Part shown: positions 24,355 to 34,144 of the stretch, in pieces | Layout of the letters: each line of letters starts with the position of its first letter | Position numbering within the stretch: position 1 is the first letter of the stretch | NCBI GenBank assembly: GCA_964012695.1 | Contig: CAXGVD010000001.1 | Coordinates: 1-36,683 of the forward strand | DNA length: 36,683 nt | Direction of reading: 5' to 3' | From: an uncultured Opitutia bacterium | Lineage (GTDB): Bacteria > Verrucomicrobiota > Verrucomicrobiia > Opitutales > Seribacteraceae | Program-made: the position numbers and the translations under genes | Notes under the pieces: model-generated | Databases searched by the model: none | The model's input: the letters and a program-made list of their open reading frames with translations, nothing else | Told to the model about the DNA's origin: nothing

Positions 24355-25281
24355 CTAAGTCTCGCGGTTCACCATCCACTTGCACCCCACCTCTTCTCCG
24401 ATTCGGGTAAAGGCCAGTTCCGCCTCGTTCAACTTTCTGCCCTTGGCTGCACTCAAACCCCAAACCCGGGCAAGCTTGCGTCGGGCCGGACGGACAATGA
24501 CCAACTCCCCCGCTTCCACTTCCTTCTCCACCGCCCAAGTGGCGAGAATGCCAATGCCCACTCCCACTTTGATCAGTTCCTTGGTGGCCTCCACGCTACT
24601 CAATTCCATGAAAGAGGAAAGCCGAACGCCCTCCCCCTTCAAGTACTCCATGATTAGGCGGAAGGTATAGCTTCCCTTGTTGTACAGGATGAAGTTCTGT
24701 TCGTGTAGATCCTCCCGATTCATCCACCCCTTTTCCGCCCAAGGATGAGACGGAGGGACTACGACACGCAACTCGTCGCTGAACCACGGCACGAACTTCA
24801 CTTCCGCCGTCTTGTCCGGCTCCAAGGTGATGGACAGGTCTACCTCGTTTTCACGCAACATTTCCAAGCAACGCGGGGTATCCGCGCTCTTCACCTCGAA
24901 ACGACAACGCGGAAACTCCTCACGAAAGCGACGCAGGATAGGGGGCAACAGGAATTGGCAGCTTTTGGCACTCGCCCCCAAACGCAACCGTCCCGAGCCG
25001 TAGCGATCGAAGCCATCCAGCTCAGCACGCGCCTCCTCCATACTGCGCAAGACAGGACGAGCCACTTCCAACAATCGTTCCCCCGCCTCCGTTAGCGTCG
25101 CCTTCTTTCCCTGTCTGAGGAACAGGGAGCACGCCAAGTCTTCCTCCAGTGACTTCATCGAGTGACTCACCGCCGACTGGGTAAGAAACATCTTTTTGGC
25201 CGCCGCCGTGAAGCTGCCCGTGTCGGCCAACATTTCGAAGACTTGAAGCTGCCGAGTGTCTAAGGGTCGATTTCGTTTCAT
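24355..25281 (-). CDS. LysR-family transcriptional regulator
   Basis: 308-aa ORF. The N-terminal HTH LQVFEMLADTGSFTAAAKKMFLTQSAVSHSMKSLEEDL is followed by a LysR substrate-binding domain. It is divergent from the Rieske gene. Confidence 0.9.
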   Translation of the reverse strand: MKRNRPLDTRQLQVFEMLADTGSFTAAAKKMFLTQSAVSHSMKSLEEDLACSLFLRQGKKATLTEAGERLLEVARPVLRSMEEARAELDGFDRYGSGRLRLGASAKSCQFLLPPILRRFREEFPRCRFEVKSADTPRCLEMLRENEVDLSITLEPDKTAEVKFVPWFSDELRVVVPPSHPWAEKGWMNREDLHEQNFILYNKGSYTFRLIMEYLKGEGVRLSSFMELSSVEATKELIKVGVGIGILATWAVEKEVEAGELVIVRPARRKLARVWGLSAAKGRKLNEAELAFTRIGEEVGCKWMVNRET

Positions 25282-25355
25282 GAAAACAAGTTTGAGAAAA
25301 GGTTACGAAAAAGAACTAGCAAATCGCGAACCAATCCCAAACCCGATGTGTGATT

Positions 25356-25370
25356 GGCTAAAAGATAGCC
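25356..25370. promoter_or_regulatory. Perfect dyad GGCTA-N5-TAGCC in the LysR/Rieske divergent intergenic region (candidate LysR box, fits T-N11-A)
   Basis: GGCTA is at 25356-25360 and TAGCC at 25366-25370. T25355 and A25367 give a T-N11-A frame. The dyad lies 75 nt upstream of the lysR ATG and 156 nt upstream of the Rieske ATG. It is short, so chance occurrence is plausible. Confidence 0.2.
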
Positions 25371-25525
25371 TCAAACGCCCCCACCAGATTCATCAACAGT
25401 TCAAAACACTCACGCAAAATCGCGTAAATCGGACCGGCACGTTTTTCAGCGCATCCGGATTGGTCAAGTCGCTCCGGAGGAACAAAGCCTCGCTTTTTTG
25501 CCGCATTTCCAGATGCTTCGGCCCT

Positions 25526-25831
25526 ATGTCGAACACACATGACCTCGGCCCCGCCGCTGACCTCGCCTCCGGCCAAGGCCGGGCCTACGAGGTGGAGGGC
25601 GAAACCATCGCCGTTTTCAGGAACGCGGAAGGCACCCTCCACGCCATCGACGACACCTGCCCCCACGCGGGAGCATCCCTTGCCGAAGGCGACCTGGAGG
25701 ACGGTTGCGTCACCTGCCCCCTGCACGCCTGGCGCTTCGAGCTGGCCACGGGAGAATGCCCGGAGTTCGACGCCTCGGTAAAAACTTTCCTCGTAAAGGA
25801 AGAAGGCGACCGGCTTCTGCTGGAAAGATAA
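25526..25831 (+). CDS. Small Rieske [2Fe-2S] protein, NirD-like (nitrite reductase small subunit/ferredoxin-type Rieske domain)
   Basis: The track ORF starts at 25256, but the recognisable domain begins at the ATG at 25526 (MSNTHDLG..., 101 aa). Rieske ligands are CPH-x16-CPLH (DDTCPHAGASLAEGDLEDGCVTCPLHAWRFELATGEC). Confidence 0.85.
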   Translation: MSNTHDLGPAADLASGQGRAYEVEGETIAVFRNAEGTLHAIDDTCPHAGASLAEGDLEDGCVTCPLHAWRFELATGECPEFDASVKTFLVKEEGDRLLLER

Positions 25832-26293
25832 AGGGACGGCTAACCGCATTGACCCAGTCCGGTGAGGCCGACTGCTACGACACAAGTAGTGCATTTTCCC
25901 CTATTTGACCGCCGCGCTCGTTACAAAAGCTTGATTGTTGAAATTGCGCTTGCGGCCGAGTGCCTCACTTTGGCCTTCCGACTATTAGGTGTCAGACCAA
26001 TTAGTTCACGAAAGGGACAGGCAACTGAAAGAAGGCGAGGTTCAAGACGTCAGTTTCGAGGAATTCAAGCTTCGTCTTGGCCGATGAAGCCCGACCCCTT
26101 CGACCCTCACATTCAAAGAGACATTGCCGACTCTCTCCGCAAGCTAATCAAACCTGCAATAGAGGGGCCGGGCCCACTAAGCAGAAGGTCTCCACTGACG
26201 GAATCGGTTCGCTTAAAACAAAAGTCAGGACGGGCCGACCCAAGAGCATCTTCGAACTTGTCTGAGGGGCGTCATCTCCCTAACTTCACGGGC

Positions 26294-27352
26294 ATGACGT
26301 TTCGCAGCGCGACGCTCTTGCTTCTAGGCACCCTCGGTGCCAGCTCCTCTTTTCGGACGGAAGCCCACCCCGTGGAACGCTTAGGCGAAGATGTGTTCGC
26401 CTCCTTCAAAGCACGGGACTTCAGGGCCTTCCGCAGCCTATCCCTGTTCTCCCTCTCCGAAGACCAGTTCCGCACCCTCCTTGGGCCCACCATACACACC
26501 ACCATACTGCAACTGGACGAGGCAGCAGACACGGTCATCCTCGAAACCGAGGACGGCCGCACGCCCCACGTTCCACTGGACGAACTCACCCAAGAACAGC
26601 GGGACCTAATCCGTGAGTGGCAAAGCAACCCCGAGAAGAACGAGTTGAGCTTCGTAGGCCGCATCAAGAACGATGCCCTCAACGAAGCCCTCCGTGCAGG
26701 CAACACCGAACCTTGGGAACATGCCTTCCGGAAGAATTGGCGCAAGCATTGGCGGCACCTGCTGGAGCAACCGGCGGAACGAGTTCGGGACCAAGCCTTC
26801 AGGCCCATCCTCGCCGCCGCCGAAAACGAGGGCTTGCAGTGGGAGACGGCCCGCCTCACGGAGGTGGCCGTCCTCCTCAACGTCAGCTTCGCCCGAGGAC
26901 GCTTCGAAGCCCGGACCGACTCGTTCGGTTCCGGCCCGACGTCCTCCCGGGCCCTCTGGCTGGAACGCGGCCTGAAGTATCGGCTCAGGCTGGACAAGCG
27001 CGCTTACGGGCACGCCTTCATGATTGGTTCCTCTCCGGATGATTCCGAGAGCCAGTTCGACGCAGGCATCCTTCGAAACGGAACAGGCTCCGGAGACATC
27101 GTGGCCCTGCTGGACTCCGCCGCTCCTACCCGCCTTCACTATTTTTGCCCCGACCGCAAGGGAGCGGGCGGGCCCGTCATCGTGACGAACGCCGACGACC
27201 AGGACAAGCCGAACCCCCGCCTGAATCTCCTCCTCACCTTCACCTACGGCACGCCCGCCAAGGCATATCAAATCCTGGTAAAGGAGGTTCTCCGCACACC
27301 CCGCGGCCCCCTCTTCTTCGAGCGCCCCGAATGGCTCGGAGAGGTGGATTGA
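26294..27352 (+). CDS. Secreted hypothetical protein
   Basis: The track ORF starts at a GTG (25862). The ATG at 26294 gives MTFRSATLLLLGTLGASSSFRTEA (signal). An alternative ATG at 26084 would add a 70-aa cytoplasmic tail and turn the hydrophobic stretch into a membrane anchor. I recognise no confident family. TVILETEDGRTPHVPLDELTQEQRDLIREW weakly resembles the second half of an SHD1 motif. Confidence 0.6.
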   Translation: MTFRSATLLLLGTLGASSSFRTEAHPVERLGEDVFASFKARDFRAFRSLSLFSLSEDQFRTLLGPTIHTTILQLDEAADTVILETEDGRTPHVPLDELTQEQRDLIREWQSNPEKNELSFVGRIKNDALNEALRAGNTEPWEHAFRKNWRKHWRHLLEQPAERVRDQAFRPILAAAENEGLQWETARLTEVAVLLNVSFARGRFEARTDSFGSGPTSSRALWLERGLKYRLRLDKRAYGHAFMIGSSPDDSESQFDAGILRNGTGSGDIVALLDSAAPTRLHYFCPDRKGAGGPVIVTNADDQDKPNPRLNLLLTFTYGTPAKAYQILVKEVLRTPRGPLFFERPEWLGEVD

Positions 27353-27365
27353 GCACTCGCTCTCG

Positions 27366-27788
27366 TCAACCGCCCCGGGTGTCGAGGCTCAGCTTGGTAA
27401 GGTTGCGGGTCTTGAGCATGTCCACCACGTCGATGACCTTTTGATAGGGCAAGTTCTTGTCCGCCCGGACGTGAATAGTTGGCTGTTCGGCGAAGGGAAG
27501 AGCGGCGGCCTCGTCCAGAAAGGCTTCGAGCCGGTCCTTGGATACAGGATCGGCGTTCCAATTATAGGCGCCGGTTTCGTCTATGGTCACGGTTTTGTCG
27601 TCCAGTTGCTTGGGGGGTTGCTCAGCGGAGGGGCTTTGGTCGGGCAGTTCGATGCGGTTGTACTGCTCGATTACTGGAGTGGTGATCATGAAGATGATGA
27701 GGAGGGCGAATGCGAGGTCGATTAGCGGGGTGATGTTGAGCTCGGAAATAGCCTCGAGCTTTTGGGCTCTCTTGAAGTCACGGGCCAT
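27366..27788 (-). CDS. exbD: ExbD/TolR-family biopolymer transport protein
   Basis: 140-aa ORF. It has the N-terminal motif ELNITPLIDLAFALLIIFMITTP, a single TM helix and a periplasmic ExbD-type domain (TIHVRADKNLPYQKVIDVVDMLK). Confidence 0.9.
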   Translation of the reverse strand: MARDFKRAQKLEAISELNITPLIDLAFALLIIFMITTPVIEQYNRIELPDQSPSAEQPPKQLDDKTVTIDETGAYNWNADPVSKDRLEAFLDEAAALPFAEQPTIHVRADKNLPYQKVIDVVDMLKTRNLTKLSLDTRGG

Positions 27789-27825
27789 AACACGGATGGG
27801 TTTGCAGTACGGCAGACGGTCCGAG

Positions 27826-28527
27826 TTAGTCCTCGGAATCCATCTCGATACGGTCCGCGACGATGCTGGCGAAGTTTTCGAGCTTGGTCATCTCGCTCTT
27901 GGTTGTGCGGAGAAGGAAGTTGTAAATGAAGACGGTTGGGATCGCTACTATAAGGGCGGCCACGGTGGTAAGCAGGGCACCGGAAACGCCGGGGGCGAGT
28001 TGCTCGATGGAGGCTCCTCCCTTCTCCATGCTGCCGAAGGCGTCCATGACGCCCCATACAGTGCCGAGCAGGCCGAGAAAAGGCGCCCCGGAAACGATTG
28101 TGGCGAGATAGATCATCTTGTCCTCGTAGCGGTCGGTCAGCTCGGACAAGGTACGTCTTATGGCGTTTTCCACTTGGCCGATGCGGGCCGCCCTGTTGTC
28201 AGAGCCGGAACGTTCGTGCCGACGGTAGGCCTCTATCGCCTTAGACACCAAGCGGAGGTAGGGACTGCCCTCGCCCTTGAAGAGGGCGTCGTCATAGTGA
28301 AGGAGGCCGGGGAGTTCGTTGATCTTCTTCTCGTGCCGGTCATTGAGTTTCCGAAGCCGATTCAGCTCGGAATACTTTTGGGCGATGACCGCCCAAGCGT
28401 AAATGCTAAGCCCGAAGAGGAGGAAGATGACAACCTTCCCCGCCATGTTCGAGTCCCAGAAATAGTTCAGAACTCCCAAAGCCTCCAACCCATTCGAAAA
28501 AACGATTTCTTCCATTAGTCTTCCCAT
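27826..28527 (-). CDS. exbB: MotA/TolQ/ExbB-family proton channel protein
   Basis: The track ORF extends to 28689. The ATG at 28527 (or 28515) gives MGRLMEEIVFSNG...KVVIFLLFGLSIYAWAVI. C-terminal signature: APFLGLLGTVWGVMDAFGSM...LAPGVSGALLTTVAALIVAIPTVFIYNFL. Confidence 0.9.
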   Translation of the reverse strand: MGRLMEEIVFSNGLEALGVLNYFWDSNMAGKVVIFLLFGLSIYAWAVIAQKYSELNRLRKLNDRHEKKINELPGLLHYDDALFKGEGSPYLRLVSKAIEAYRRHERSGSDNRAARIGQVENAIRRTLSELTDRYEDKMIYLATIVSGAPFLGLLGTVWGVMDAFGSMEKGGASIEQLAPGVSGALLTTVAALIVAIPTVFIYNFLLRTTKSEMTKLENFASIVADRIEMDSED

Positions 28528-28667
28528 TTGTCGTTTCTTGCTACAACCACCAACGGCTCTTCGTTCAACGCGCCCAGCCCCCAAAGGCAACGATAAAGCG
28601 TCTCTTCCCCTTCTCGAGATTCGTTTAGGTTTGCGGAACGGGGTCTCGCGTCCTAGTGGGTGGGGGA

Positions 28668-29789
28668 ATGGAAAACGCCTCCGAAACACTTAAGGAAACG
28701 GAAGAAAGGAACTTCGCCTTCACGGGTCGTCACGCCGTGGTGGGGCTGGACGGATTCGTCGATAAAATCGTCACGCCCGTGGATCAAAGGCACGGCATGG
28801 GGGAAAACTTCGACCCAATCGACACCATCGCCGAACTCGGCGAGCGCATATCCGCAGCGGCGGGTAAAAGCGCCAACGTCGAGCTGTACTCGCGTTTCGA
28901 CAAGCTGGGCGGCAACGGCCCGATAATGGCCAACGCCCTCCTCGCACTCGGGCTGGACGTCCGATATGTGGGTGCCTTGGGCCGTCCTGAACCTCACCCC
29001 GTGTTCAACGACTTCGTGGCCAAAACGGAGGCAGTCACCTTGGCCGACCCAGGCATCACCACCGCCTTGGAATTCAAGGACGGCAAGCTCATGTTCGGCA
29101 ACATGAAGAGTCTCGACGAGGTGGATTACGCCCGCATTCTCGAAGTCTGTGGCGAGGGCAAGTTCATCGACATGCTGGCCAAGGCAGACCTCGTCTCTAT
29201 CGTCAACTGGACGATGATTCCGAAAATGACCTCGGTCCTTGTCGAGATTCTAGACAAGGTCATGCCCAACCTCCCGCCACGGGACACCCGCCAGTTCTTC
29301 TTCGACCTGGCCGACCCCGCCAAGCGTTCCCGCGAGGACCTGCTCGGCGTCATGCGAGTCTTCTCGCGCTATCAGGCCCACGCAGAGGTCACCCTCGGCC
29401 TCAACTATAACGAAGCCCTCCAAGTCACCGAAGTGCTCGGGCTGGAACAGCGGGACGACCAAGAGACCGGCCTTCGCAAGATGGCGGAGGATGTCCGCCG
29501 CGAACTGGAACTGGCCTGCGTCGTGGTCCATCCCGTGGCCTCCGCCGCCTGCGCCACCAAGGACGATAGTTGGTGGGCTCCGGGACCCTACGTGGCCGAA
29601 CCCAAAATCACCACCGGGGCGGGCGATCACTTTAACGCCGGCTTCTGCGCCGCCCGCCTCTGCGGGTTCTCGCCCCGTAGTTGCCTCACCCTCGCCACCT
29701 GCACATCCGGCCACTACGTGCGCTCCGCCCAAAGTCCCTCCCCCTCGCAAGTCGTGGGCCTCCTACGAGAAGTTTCCCAAGAATCATGA
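28668..29789 (+). CDS. Ribokinase-superfamily sugar/nucleoside kinase (PfkB-like, with some ADP-dependent-kinase-like features)
   Basis: The track start at 28656 is a GTG, and the ATG at 28668 gives MENASETL. Motifs are LGGNGPIMANALLALG, LNYNEAL and the C-terminal anion hole TTGAGDHFNAGF. The TGA stop (29787-29789) overlaps the tmk ATG (29786-29788). Confidence 0.75.
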   Translation: MENASETLKETEERNFAFTGRHAVVGLDGFVDKIVTPVDQRHGMGENFDPIDTIAELGERISAAAGKSANVELYSRFDKLGGNGPIMANALLALGLDVRYVGALGRPEPHPVFNDFVAKTEAVTLADPGITTALEFKDGKLMFGNMKSLDEVDYARILEVCGEGKFIDMLAKADLVSIVNWTMIPKMTSVLVEILDKVMPNLPPRDTRQFFFDLADPAKRSREDLLGVMRVFSRYQAHAEVTLGLNYNEALQVTEVLGLEQRDDQETGLRKMAEDVRRELELACVVVHPVASAACATKDDSWWAPGPYVAEPKITTGAGDHFNAGFCAARLCGFSPRSCLTLATCTSGHYVRSAQSPSPSQVVGLLREVSQES

Positions 29790-30436
29790 GTCACGAAAAA
29801 GGCATTCTCATCTCCTTCGAAGGTTCCGAAGGTTGCGGCAAGTCCACCCAAATCCGCCGCCTCGCCGACCGCCTCGAAGAAATCGATCACCGCGACGTCG
29901 TCGTCACCCGCGAGCCCGGCGGCACCCGCATCGGTGAGGACATACGTCACCTCCTCATGCACGCCGAAACCAACGAGGCCATGTGCCCCGAGGCCGAGCT
30001 TCTACTCTTTGCCGCCTCCAGAGCTCAACTCGTCCGCGAACTCATTCTCCCTGCCGTGACCGAAGGAAAAATTGTCCTCTGCGACCGCTTCCTCGACTCC
30101 ACCACCGTTTACCAAGGCGTGGCCCGACAAATCGCCGAGGACCCGGTCACCCAAATCAACAACTTCGCCGTCGGCGACATCATTCCCGACCTAACCGTCA
30201 TCCTCGACGTCCCCGCCGAAGTCGGTCTAGAACGCATCAAGCACCGCGTCTCCGACATGCCCGACCGCATGGAACAGGAAAACGTCCAGTTCTACGGCAA
30301 GGTGCGCGACGGCTACTTGCACCTCGCCCGCTCCCTGCCAGACCGCTTCTTCGTGGTGGACGGGGAAGCCGAACCCGATGAAGTCGAGATGGAAGTCTGG
30401 AACGAAATCCACGCCCGCTTCTTCGCGGACGATTGA
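29786..30436 (+). CDS. tmk: Thymidylate (dTMP) kinase
   Basis: The track ORF starts at 29681. The ATG at 29786 gives MSHEKGILISFEGSEGCGKSTQ (P-loop), followed by REPGGT and DRFLDSTTVYQG motifs. Length is 216 aa. Confidence 0.92.
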   Translation: MSHEKGILISFEGSEGCGKSTQIRRLADRLEEIDHRDVVVTREPGGTRIGEDIRHLLMHAETNEAMCPEAELLLFAASRAQLVRELILPAVTEGKIVLCDRFLDSTTVYQGVARQIAEDPVTQINNFAVGDIIPDLTVILDVPAEVGLERIKHRVSDMPDRMEQENVQFYGKVRDGYLHLARSLPDRFFVVDGEAEPDEVEMEVWNEIHARFFADD

Positions 30437-30463
30437 AACGTTCTCCAACGCGCAACAATTGAA

Positions 30464-31751
<1,288 letters not shown>

Positions 31752-31765
31752 ACCAGGCTCCTCTC

Positions 31766-32824
31766 ATGACGCCTCTTCGCCACCTCTTCCCGCTCCTCCT
31801 TTTCCTCGCTTCCGTCCTCCTGCGGGCGGACCTAGTAGTCACCACCGATGGCTCCCGCCTCCAAGGCGAAATCCTCTCCATCTCCGTAGACGGAAACCTC
31901 ACCCTCTCCACCACTTACGCCGGCGACCTCCGTCTCCCCATAACCAACGTCACCTCCATCCAGACCGATGAATCAGCCCGCCTCCGTCTCGACGACAATC
32001 GTACCCTCACCGGCCTCCTCGCGCCCGCCCCCGCCCCTGGCGAACTGAACGTAGGCGCTCCTCCCACCGCCGTGGCCCTCGCCACCGTACGCCACCTCTG
32101 GCGAGTCCCCGAAGAAGACCCACTCCTTCTCGCCGAAGCGAAACTCGCCGAAACCCGCCGGATGAAGTGGACGAACGCCCTCGGCTTCAACCTCTCCGGC
32201 GCCTCCGGCAACACCGAGGACTTCGGCCTCGGCTTTCGCCTCGACTCCTCCTACCGCAATAAAAAGCACGGTGCCGATCTCTACCTCTCCTACAACAAAA
32301 GCCACAAGGAAAGCCTCACCATCTTGGACGAAACCAAAACCGGCGCAGAGTACGACAACCGCTTCAGCAATAAGCTAGCCTGGTACGCCAAAACCGATCT
32401 CGAAACCGACCGCCTCGAAGAAATCGACCTTCGGGCCACCGCCGCCACCGGCCTCAAGTACCTTTTCCACAAAACCGAAAACCGCTCCCTCTCCCTGCGA
32501 GCCGGAGCCGCCTTCCGCTACGAAGCCTACGAAGCCGCCGCGCTCGGCGACCTCGACGACCCCGCCATCGACTTCGGCATCGAACACTCTCGCGAATTCT
32601 CCGAATTCCTCTCCCTTCAAAGCGACGTCACCTACGTGCCCGCCTTCGACGAATTCTCCGACTACCTCCTAACCCAGGAAACCGCCCTCGTCGTCCCTCT
32701 CGGCAAAAAGTCCCCCTGGAAGCTCAGTTCCGGCCTCAGTAATTCCTACGTCAGTTCACCTGCCCCAGGTAACAAGGGCCTGGACCTCAAGTACTACCTC
32801 CGCCTCACCTACTCCTGGGAGTAG
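31766..32824 (+). CDS. DUF481-family (YdiY-like) outer-membrane beta-barrel protein
   Basis: The 5' part of track ORF 31481-32824 overlaps hit out of frame and is Arg/Pro-rich junk. The ATG at 31766 gives MTPLRHLFPLLLFLASVLLRA (signal), and there is an alternative ATG at 31736. DUF481-like core: WTNALGFNLSGASGNTEDFGLGFRLDSSY...YLSYNKSH...TGAEYDNRFSNKLAWYAKTDLETD, with alternating-hydrophobic strands throughout. Confidence 0.65.
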   Translation: MTPLRHLFPLLLFLASVLLRADLVVTTDGSRLQGEILSISVDGNLTLSTTYAGDLRLPITNVTSIQTDESARLRLDDNRTLTGLLAPAPAPGELNVGAPPTAVALATVRHLWRVPEEDPLLLAEAKLAETRRMKWTNALGFNLSGASGNTEDFGLGFRLDSSYRNKKHGADLYLSYNKSHKESLTILDETKTGAEYDNRFSNKLAWYAKTDLETDRLEEIDLRATAATGLKYLFHKTENRSLSLRAGAAFRYEAYEAAALGDLDDPAIDFGIEHSREFSEFLSLQSDVTYVPAFDEFSDYLLTQETALVVPLGKKSPWKLSSGLSNSYVSSPAPGNKGLDLKYYLRLTYSWE

Positions 32825-32945
32825 CCGCCACCATGCAAATCCAAACCGTAGTCGCGTTTCTTCAAACGTGGACCTCGGTTTCTCCAATCAGAACGCGGCT
32901 TCGGCCCGGATAACTCAATAACGAAAGTTTTCCGCTCCGCCCTCG

Positions 32946-34097
32946 CTAGGCCGCTAGAATCCTCGCCACTTCCTCGGCGGGCAGACGGTGGGACACGAGG
33001 GGCTGTGAGCCGGCTTCGTCCGCCTGTTGCCAAGCCGCGACAAGCGAGCCGTCCCCAATGAACAGGGCGGACACGTAGCGACTGCACCCTGTGGCATGAG
33101 GGGAAAGGAAGAGCGGAAAGTCGGCAGAAAGGCGGTGCATTTTGGGAAACTCCTCGTCGAAGCCCCAAGCCAAGCCACCCAGCTCCTCGCAGGAGTAACC
33201 GCGAGGACGGCGAGCCGCCTTGGAGTTCTGCTCCAGCGGACGGAGGCATTCGGCCCCATCGTAGAAATAGAGAGACGCGGGCGGCAGATCGGCCAGGATG
33301 CCCGCACGAGGCAAGGCCAGACGTTCGGTGACGCGCGAGCAAGCAACGTCCCAACTGGGCCCTCGCGGCAACACCTCGTCGGAGGTGACGAGTTCGAAGT
33401 CCCCCGCCCCAGACGAACCGGCTTCCCGCGTGGCCAGGCCAGTATTGGAACTGGCCCAAGTGAAGGGATGGGAGCAGAAAAGGAGTTGGGTGTTTCCGCC
33501 GGCGTCGCGGAAGGCCACTGGGTCCTTGAGGTGAAGGGAACCGCCTGTGGTGGAGGCGAGAACGGGCTCGTGAGCGAGTCCTGAAAGCTCGGCGGGGTCC
33601 CCGCTCGGAGCGGTGAGGCGATCAATACTCCAGACTCCCGCACCCGGTTTTTGAAAGTGTATGAGACTCTTGGGGTAAGGAACACCTTTTTCCGTGGACA
33701 CGTAGAGTTCCAGTGCGCCGGACTCGGCTCCGTTTCGGGGTGGCGCGGGCAACAGGCAACCGCCTTCGATGGAGACCACGGGAGCATCCTCGCTCGACAG
33801 GTCGGCCTTGGAGAACGATACGATTTTCTCGAATTCGCCTCCCGGGTCTGAAGCTCGGAAGACCGCAAATTCCAGCCCGCGCTCACCCGCTCCCACGCCC
33901 GTGCGGGCGTCACCGGGGTTGCGGTATCGGCCGCAAAGTAAAAGGTCGCCGCCCGGCTCTTGCAGGAGGTTTCCGCCGCCGAACCAATAGCCGCTCCCCT
34001 CCCCTTGCGGCGGCACTATAAAGCGGGCGGCCCGTTGGTCCAGTAGGCGCAGGCCAAGCTCACGCAGCTTGTCGGGAAGGACGTCGGGAAAAGTCAC
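32946..34097 (-). CDS. Hypothetical cytoplasmic protein, last gene of the cysC-cysD-cysN transcription unit (no ATG start available)
   Basis: Track ORF 32946-34436 overlaps the cysN 3' end by 292 nt in another frame. No ATG lies downstream of the cysN stop (34145). The first canonical start there is the GTG at 34097 (VTFPDVLPDKLRELG...), giving 383 aa. The protein is Gly/Pro-rich with mixed beta character (GSGYWFGGGNLL, LELYVSTEKG, HLKDPVAFRDAGGNTQLLFCSHPF) and may be propeller-like. I recognise no family and see no signal peptide. Confidence 0.55.
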   Translation of the reverse strand: MTFPDVLPDKLRELGLRLLDQRAARFIVPPQGEGSGYWFGGGNLLQEPGGDLLLCGRYRNPGDARTGVGAGERGLEFAVFRASDPGGEFEKIVSFSKADLSSEDAPVVSIEGGCLLPAPPRNGAESGALELYVSTEKGVPYPKSLIHFQKPGAGVWSIDRLTAPSGDPAELSGLAHEPVLASTTGGSLHLKDPVAFRDAGGNTQLLFCSHPFTWASSNTGLATREAGSSGAGDFELVTSDEVLPRGPSWDVACSRVTERLALPRAGILADLPPASLYFYDGAECLRPLEQNSKAARRPRGYSCEELGGLAWGFDEEFPKMHRLSADFPLFLSPHATGCSRYVSALFIGDGSLVAAWQQADEAGSQPLVSHRLPAEEVARILAA

Positions 34098-34144
34098 GGC
34101 GGCGATAACGGTTTTCGGCGAGCTGAAAAATTCGGCCTTCGCCC

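Noticed and set aside
26193-26198. CCACTG in the long gap, reminiscent of the cobalamin-riboswitch B12 box core
   Set aside because: Only the hexamer matches. The surrounding conserved B12-box and stem sequences are absent.
26272-27271. Minus-strand ORFs 26272-26997 (241 aa) and 26606-27271 (221 aa)
   Set aside because: They are antisense to the signal-peptide-bearing plus-strand gene. They are Ser/Arg-rich or Gly/Val/Glu-rich shadow frames with no export signal or motifs.
27366-28527. Idea that the MotA/ExbB-family pair is the stator (MotAB) for the flagellin-like gene
   Set aside because: The second protein is a 140-aa ExbD/TolR type with no OmpA-like peptidoglycan-binding domain. It lies 8 kb away on an unrelated transcription unit.
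28528-28689. N-terminal extension of exbB (track start 28689), and similar extensions of tmk (29681), the Rieske gene (25256), DUF481 (31481), cysD (36608) and the cys-operon X gene (34436)
   Set aside because: The extensions are Arg/Pro/Gly-rich. They overlap neighbouring genes or intergenic DNA, and they precede the point where family homology or the signal peptide begins.
32954-33913. 319-aa minus-strand ORF in another frame of the X gene, plus 33027-33584(+)
   Set aside because: They overlap the longer frame that runs continuously from the cysN stop. Pro/Ser/Arg-rich composition suggests a shadow, though without homology support for either frame this rejection is less certain.
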